Source: an uncultured virus (IMG/VR IMGVR_UViG_2061766007_000738) (lineage: Duplodnaviria > Heunggongvirae > Uroviricota > Caudoviricetes). From it: DNA of 64,000 bases. Positions within the stretch are counted from its first letter, which is position 1. Each line of letters starts with the position of its first letter. Location: the IMG/VR virus record IMGVR_UViG_2061766007_000738. One strand, 5' to 3'. Made by a program: the position numbers and the translations under genes. The notes beneath the pieces are model-generated. The model did no database searches, was not told where the DNA came from, and worked only from the letters and a program-made list of their open reading frames with translations. Of the stretch, positions 58,756-64,000 are shown one piece after another.

Positions 58756-59672
58756 CGTATCACATCCTCCGATTTGATGTCATAAATGCATTTAGCGAAG
58801 TATCTACCGTCTTCTCCACGTACAGCATTCGTGCATATCTCCGGCTTCCAGTTGACTACAGGTGGTAGCCACCTATTCCAGCAACCGAGCTCCGGCAACG
58901 TTTTATCACAACCACCCTGCAGATAATGCATGTTGGTATATTTTTCCCAGTAGGTATTCTCTCTACGTCCTGCGATCACGACGCACTTACGGTTGAGTCC
59001 GTCGGCGGCATTCAATGCCGCACAGAGGTGCATGGGGAAGCTGACACCGGTAATGACCGCGGATGCCTGTCGCATAAGACGTACGATGTCTCGCCCCGGA
59101 GTCTTGTCCAGCATATCCACCACCCCTTTAAGTGGTTGGTGGCTACCGGTCTGGGTTTCGCCTATTTGGACGACGAGGTACCTGTCGGATAGNNNNNNNN
59201 NNNNNNNNNNNNNNNNNNNNNNNTAATTATGCGGCCACTGCTTAATGGGAAAATCCGACTTAGACCCCGCATTAACCAATAGAATAGGTAGAACCACATC
59301 TTTGAGCAATGGTGTATCGTTTTCTCCGAGGTGTATATCAGGGTACGGGATTCCCCGTGTGATCTGAAAACCGAATTTACGTTCGAGGGAGCGATGAAAA
59401 GCGTAGATAAAATGTTCCCGTTCGGGTATATTTGGGTCTTGGTGTGGGGTTTTATAGCCAATATCAACCCGTTCGGGATTATCTTCAGGGTTTTGAGGGT
59501 TATTATATNNNNNNNNNNNNNNNNNNNNNNNNTCCCACAGCCACGGAAAGCGCGTATGAACGCCTATCTCAATATCAGGAAAGGTTTCATGCAGATCCCT
59601 CACCGCGGCGGTGAGCATCAGAATATCACCGGGGCACTGACGATTGATCAGTATCAGCTTTTTTGGCAGCAT
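58743..59672 (-). CDS. GT9 (heptosyltransferase)-like glycosyltransferase
   Basis: CPGDILMLTAAVRDL, KQWP, VVQIG, ITGVSFPMHLCAAL. Confidence 0.8.
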   Translation of the reverse strand: MLPKKLILINRQCPGDILMLTAAVRDLHETFPDIEIGVHTRFPWLWXXXXXXXXXYNNPQNPEDNPERVDIGYKTPHQDPNIPEREHFIYAFHRSLERKFGFQITRGIPYPDIHLGENDTPLLKDVVLPILLVNAGSKSDFPIKQWPHNXXXXXXXXXXXLSDRYLVVQIGETQTGSHQPLKGVVDMLDKTPGRDIVRLMRQASAVITGVSFPMHLCAALNAADGLNRKCVVIAGRRENTYWEKYTNMHYLQGGCDKTLPELGCWNRWLPPVVNWKPEICTNAVRGEDGRYFAKCIYDIKSEDVIRCLR

Positions 59673-59875
59673 CGAGGATCAAGCTTTCTAAATATTTGAG
59701 CATATCACTATCGGAAGCCGCATGGTTCTTCCAATTCATGGCGAATTGAATATCCACACCAAGCGCCATCAGTGAAATATAAGCACGCAACCGGTAGAAG
59801 TTGGTGTCGTAGCCTTGCGGGATTTCCTGCAAAAGGATGAGCGTGTAGCACGCACGTTCTAGATCGAACATGGTT

Positions 59876-60250
59876 TTACTTCTTTCGACACCCACAGCCA
59901 CCCGCGGTCTTTGTCGGCGTAGGCGCTTTGACAGGCTGTACGGTAGGGTTGTCAGTTTTTACCGGCTCTTTGAAATCGATAACCGCTTGTGTAAGGCTCT
60001 TCAACCTGCTTTTTATCTCATCGAGCGGCAGGCGGTAGTTGAGATACTCGTCTTGAGAGTCGAGGCGAAGTTGTCGGATCTGATTGGAGATTTGTTGGTC
60101 GTACTGGAGAAAATGATTGGCGGCGTGTACCAAATTTCCGCAATAATACGCCGGCGCCATTGAATCTTCGACGTCATCCAACGCCGTTAACGCCGCAGAC
60201 AGGTGTTTCAGCGTGCAAGCACGACATTTTTCGGTGTGCAGATCGATCAA
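59876..60250 (-). CDS. Cys/His-motif hypothetical protein
   Basis: CRACTLKHLSAA...GNLVHA; C-terminal GCGCRKK. Confidence 0.65.
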   Translation of the reverse strand: MIDLHTEKCRACTLKHLSAALTALDDVEDSMAPAYYCGNLVHAANHFLQYDQQISNQIRQLRLDSQDEYLNYRLPLDEIKSRLKSLTQAVIDFKEPVKTDNPTVQPVKAPTPTKTAGGCGCRKK

Positions 60251-60262
60251 TTGTTAATCCTT

Positions 60263-63200
60263 TCATATTCTCGGGAAAACGACATTAACAGTATCTCCGT
60301 CGGTAGTCCATGTCCCATCTGAGCGGAATGTCACTTTTTTGACGGTGCCCGCGCCGTATCCTCCAGTGGGTGCAGTAGTAACAACGCCAATAAACACGTC
60401 GCAAGCCGCACCACCACTGCCTCCGCCGCCACCTCCCCCTCNNNNNNNNNNNNNNNNNNNNNNNNNNNNNNNNNNNNNNNNNNNNNNNNNNNNNNNNNNN
60501 NNNNNNNNNNNNNNNNNNNNNNNNNNNNNNNNNNNNNNNNNNNNNNNNNNNNNNNNNNNNNNNNNNNNNNNNNNNNNNNNNNNNNNNNNNNNNNNATTAG
60601 CTGCGTCATACCAAGTAACCAGCGTGTACTCCGGGGTCGCCGTGTTGTATCCGGTCGTTGTACATATTTCCCCACCGCTGGTATTAATGCCGCCAGAGGT
60701 TACTCCGTTGGCTTTTATTACCCCGCCCGATATCTGATATACAGTGGGCGACCATATAGCTGTGACGTCTGCCGCAGTGAACTCGTATACTTGAAGTTGC
60801 TGATTGGATGGGTCGTAACTGGGGATATCCGCCTGCAGTTTGCCTATTGCCATCGGTGCGGCGTTTGCGGCGTACGTCGGAGGTGTAACCATAACATTAC
60901 CGACGTAGGTTGCGCTATTTATGATAATACAGGGATTACATAGTCCCGGTATCTGAAATATCGGACATGTAGAGCTCACGACAACACCTTGATGTTAATG
61001 TTACCGTCGATCGGGGNNNNNNNNNNCGGTTTCATCGGAAGTAATTCCGTTTGTCGTATTTTTATCCAACGTAAGTGTGTTACCTACAAGATTAAACGCG
61101 TATGCCGTGTTTACAGTTGCCCCCGAAACTGTAGGGGTATTGGTCAGGACACTTCCGGAGATCGGAATAGACCCGCCTNNNNNNNNNNNNNNNNNNNNTG
61201 CGTCTCAACTACGGTATCGAAAATAACATTAAATGGTTCGATTATTGCGGACATCCCTGTGGTCCAGCCCGTTACCTGCTCATTTACAAGCATGTAGAAA
61301 CCGGTGCTTTGTACAAACGTCCCATCACCCGCGCCGGAGGATATATGCGTCACATAATATATCAAGGGTTGGGTGCCGGTCACAATGTAGGTATGCGTGT
61401 TTGTGATGTATTTCAACGAGCTGCCGATAACATTGATGTACGGTACCAGTTTATGATAGTAGATATCTTTTGTTGGGTGCCGCCCGAGGAACAGCAACTC
61501 CTGTGTATTCTCTGACGTTTGAGAAACGCTGTATAATATCGTTTGACCGTGCTCTAAGGTTATGGGCGGATCATCGTCTTTATCCGATGCGTACCACGTC
61601 AGCAACAGATCAGAGATCCGGTTCGGGGTTTGTCGACTATCTGCGCCGGTTGCTACAAACACGGGTTGCGCTTGTTGATAAATGCTCACTGTACAAAATT
61701 CCCGTGGTTGCTTATAAGTACGGTATCACCGTTGGCGGCGATAACGATGTCCCCGATTCCTATATCTGACATAGGCACAAGTGCTAAGTGTCGACCGTTT
61801 AATATAACTGATTGGGAGCCAGCACAAACTGTCAGTGTACGCAAAAAGTTGGCGCCGCCTGTCTCGGTTCCCCCGGTGCCTGCAATATAATATTGATGAT
61901 TATCGTCCGCACGCAACTCCGTTCCCACCGGCAACACTATCTTGGTTATCGGATACGCGTCGGGTTCGTCATACAGGTAACTGCAACAGTTGATGTCCCA
62001 CACGAGCGTATCCGCATCCAGTGTGTGTATACGCGTGAGCGAACGCCGAAACACCGTTAAATCCGGAGGATTATCGTCACCATCGTTAAATAGTGAGGTT
62101 TTACCTTTCAAACATCCCGCATATTCTCCTGCAGGGGTATAAATATCGCCCACGCCGGAGGTTTGGTCAAAACGTACTACCCCCACCTCAGCCCCGGTGC
62201 TGTCCGCAATCCCCCACTCGGACTCAGAAATATAGGAAATATGGCACGGCAATACATATTTATCCGCGCTGTAAAATCTCCCCCCTAAGAACATCCCGCG
62301 TGGAATCTGTATGGTATCCGCGCGAAAAGTGCTCTGCGGCGTGAACGGAGATATTCCTGTAATAAAAGAGTTGGTCATCAACTGCTCACTATATCATGTA
62401 GTGCACTAAACTGATACCACAGCAACCCACCGGATACTGTTTCATACTCGGAGTTGAATCTTATGGTGCCGTCGAGAATGGGCGCCAGGTTTAATTTATA
62501 AGAACCCCCACTGCTGCTGGAAAACGCAACGTCAATCGGGCATGGTTGCATATAATTCGCAGGACTCAACGACGCTTCTATATAGTTATTATCTACACAG
62601 GACGGTGAATTTGTATTCAATCCGATCCGGGCACAAAGTCCGCCACCGCTGCTCACCACCCAGTCACCGCTATCCACGGTCCCACCGCTGCCTGTTAGAT
62701 AAAGGGTATACGCGCCTGTTGTATCGACAGAAGAACCGTTGATGTAATATATATGCTCGACATCCCTACTAATTATTTCCGAGGGTTGTGTGTCGTCGTA
62801 AAATGTCGCAGTACCTCCGGACGTAATCACACCGGCAGTAGTAGAGCTGTCGACGCTAAGATCCACTAGCGGCACAGAGACGTGGTCTCCGAGTTGTAGG
62901 TACGCCGCAGCTGCATGAGTTTGCGGAACGAACTGTATATATTTGGGATTAACCACGGCATCGGTGAGGTTGACGAGCACCTCGTCAGCTACCGGGGTCA
63001 GCATGACTGATCCNNNNNNNNNNNNNNNNNNNCGCTTCAACCGTCGGCTGAGTAGGGATGGACGCTTCCAAGGAGCAGAGAGGTGCATCCCCAAGTTTAA
63101 ATATCATACTCAGGCGGTTTCCGGTGCGGTTGTATTTTGCCAACCTGACCACTGTATCTGCATTGGGGGATGACGGCGCCCGGCAGGTGATGGATATCCC

Positions 63201-63868
63201 TTGAATATACCCGGTAGATACTTCGACACCATCCCGCCAAAGAGGCAGACCCAGTGAGTAACCGTTCAGTTGTGTATTAGCTAACAGCATCAGGTAGTAG
63301 TTATCCCTTTGATCGCGTAGGTTCTAAGTGTCTGCGTCGGTTTCTCTACACGCGAGGAGAGCAGACTGTCGTACCACACGGGTGTAACCGTATAGGTGTT
63401 ATAGTTATTCGTATCCACCTCATATCCGGAACTGTCGACGGATAGCAGATTAACGGCAAAACCGGTTGCGAAGTTCTGTGCCGCATAACCTAGCCCCTTA
63501 ACGTATCCGCCACCGCTACTGAGGGCGGGAACATATACACCGACCTGCCAGTGCCCGGAATTGAATTGTGTCAGCTCTTCGATATCGGAAATGATCGCCC
63601 CGGATGTATTTGCAGGGAGATGTAGTGGGTAGGTAGTTGCTGTGAGTGCATTGAACCCTTTAATGGAACCGCTGCCGGCACCGACCCCTGCACTCAGCAC
63701 AGTATACTTGGCATTGGCGTCTGTTCCCAAGAAGATTTTACTCGCAGACACAGTAGCGCCGGAAGNNNNNNNNNNNNNNNNNNNNAATGGGATGGGGTCT
63801 TGTCCGTTATAGGTTGCTTTATTGTTATCCAAGATGTCCGAGTCATTGGAGTTGATGGCGGTCCCCAT
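60263..63868 (-). CDS. Block of about five putative structural (tail/baseplate-like) genes
   Basis: Coupled ORFs 60263-60979, ~60976-61689, 61686-62381, 62378-63290, 63290-63868; T/S/G-rich. Confidence 0.5.
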
Positions 63869-64000
63869 ATAAAAAAGCAGGTATTTTTCCCAGTATCCAC
63901 CGTCTTGGACAGTACTGCTCGTGAAATCGATGTTGGCATAAGCAAGGAAACCGTGCGTATCGCATGTCGGATTACTCCACCCGACCGCTGCGGCGATGGA

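Noticed and set aside
1..64000. Alternative genetic code (stop-codon reassignment)
   Set aside because: Core genes are full length under the standard code, and TAA, TAG and TGA all terminate genes.

Overview
A 64 kb segment of a large tailed-phage genome, assembled as a scaffold with many N gaps. Several genes change frame across these gaps, so the gap lengths are inexact. From 1 to about 47.8 kb the genes are almost all on the minus strand: many small hypothetical ORFs and a replication/recombination block (SF2 helicase, RecA-like, family A DNA polymerase, primase, DnaB-like helicase, RusA, SbcC/SbcD-like, DUF5664, ferritin-like, BRO/KilAC antirepressor). After a non-coding control region come the plus-strand terminase large subunit, putative virion genes, a patatin, two GT9-like glycosyltransferases and a minus-strand structural block. 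Selfish elements include a tnpB-only IS605-group element that splits a phage gene, the right end of a second copy, and a divergent stand-alone tnpB. Most notable: (1) a terminase intein whose LAGLIDADG homing endonuclease is a separate gene in the +1 frame nested inside the intein, while the intein frame stays open; (2) a cluster of structured RNAs in the early region, with two miniature tmRNA tRNA-like-domain structures lacking an mRNA domain, a type III hammerhead ribozyme and two covarying terminator/pseudoknot elements; (3) an in-frame twin-hairpin insertion in the SbcD-like gene. All calls come from motifs read by eye; no database searches were run.
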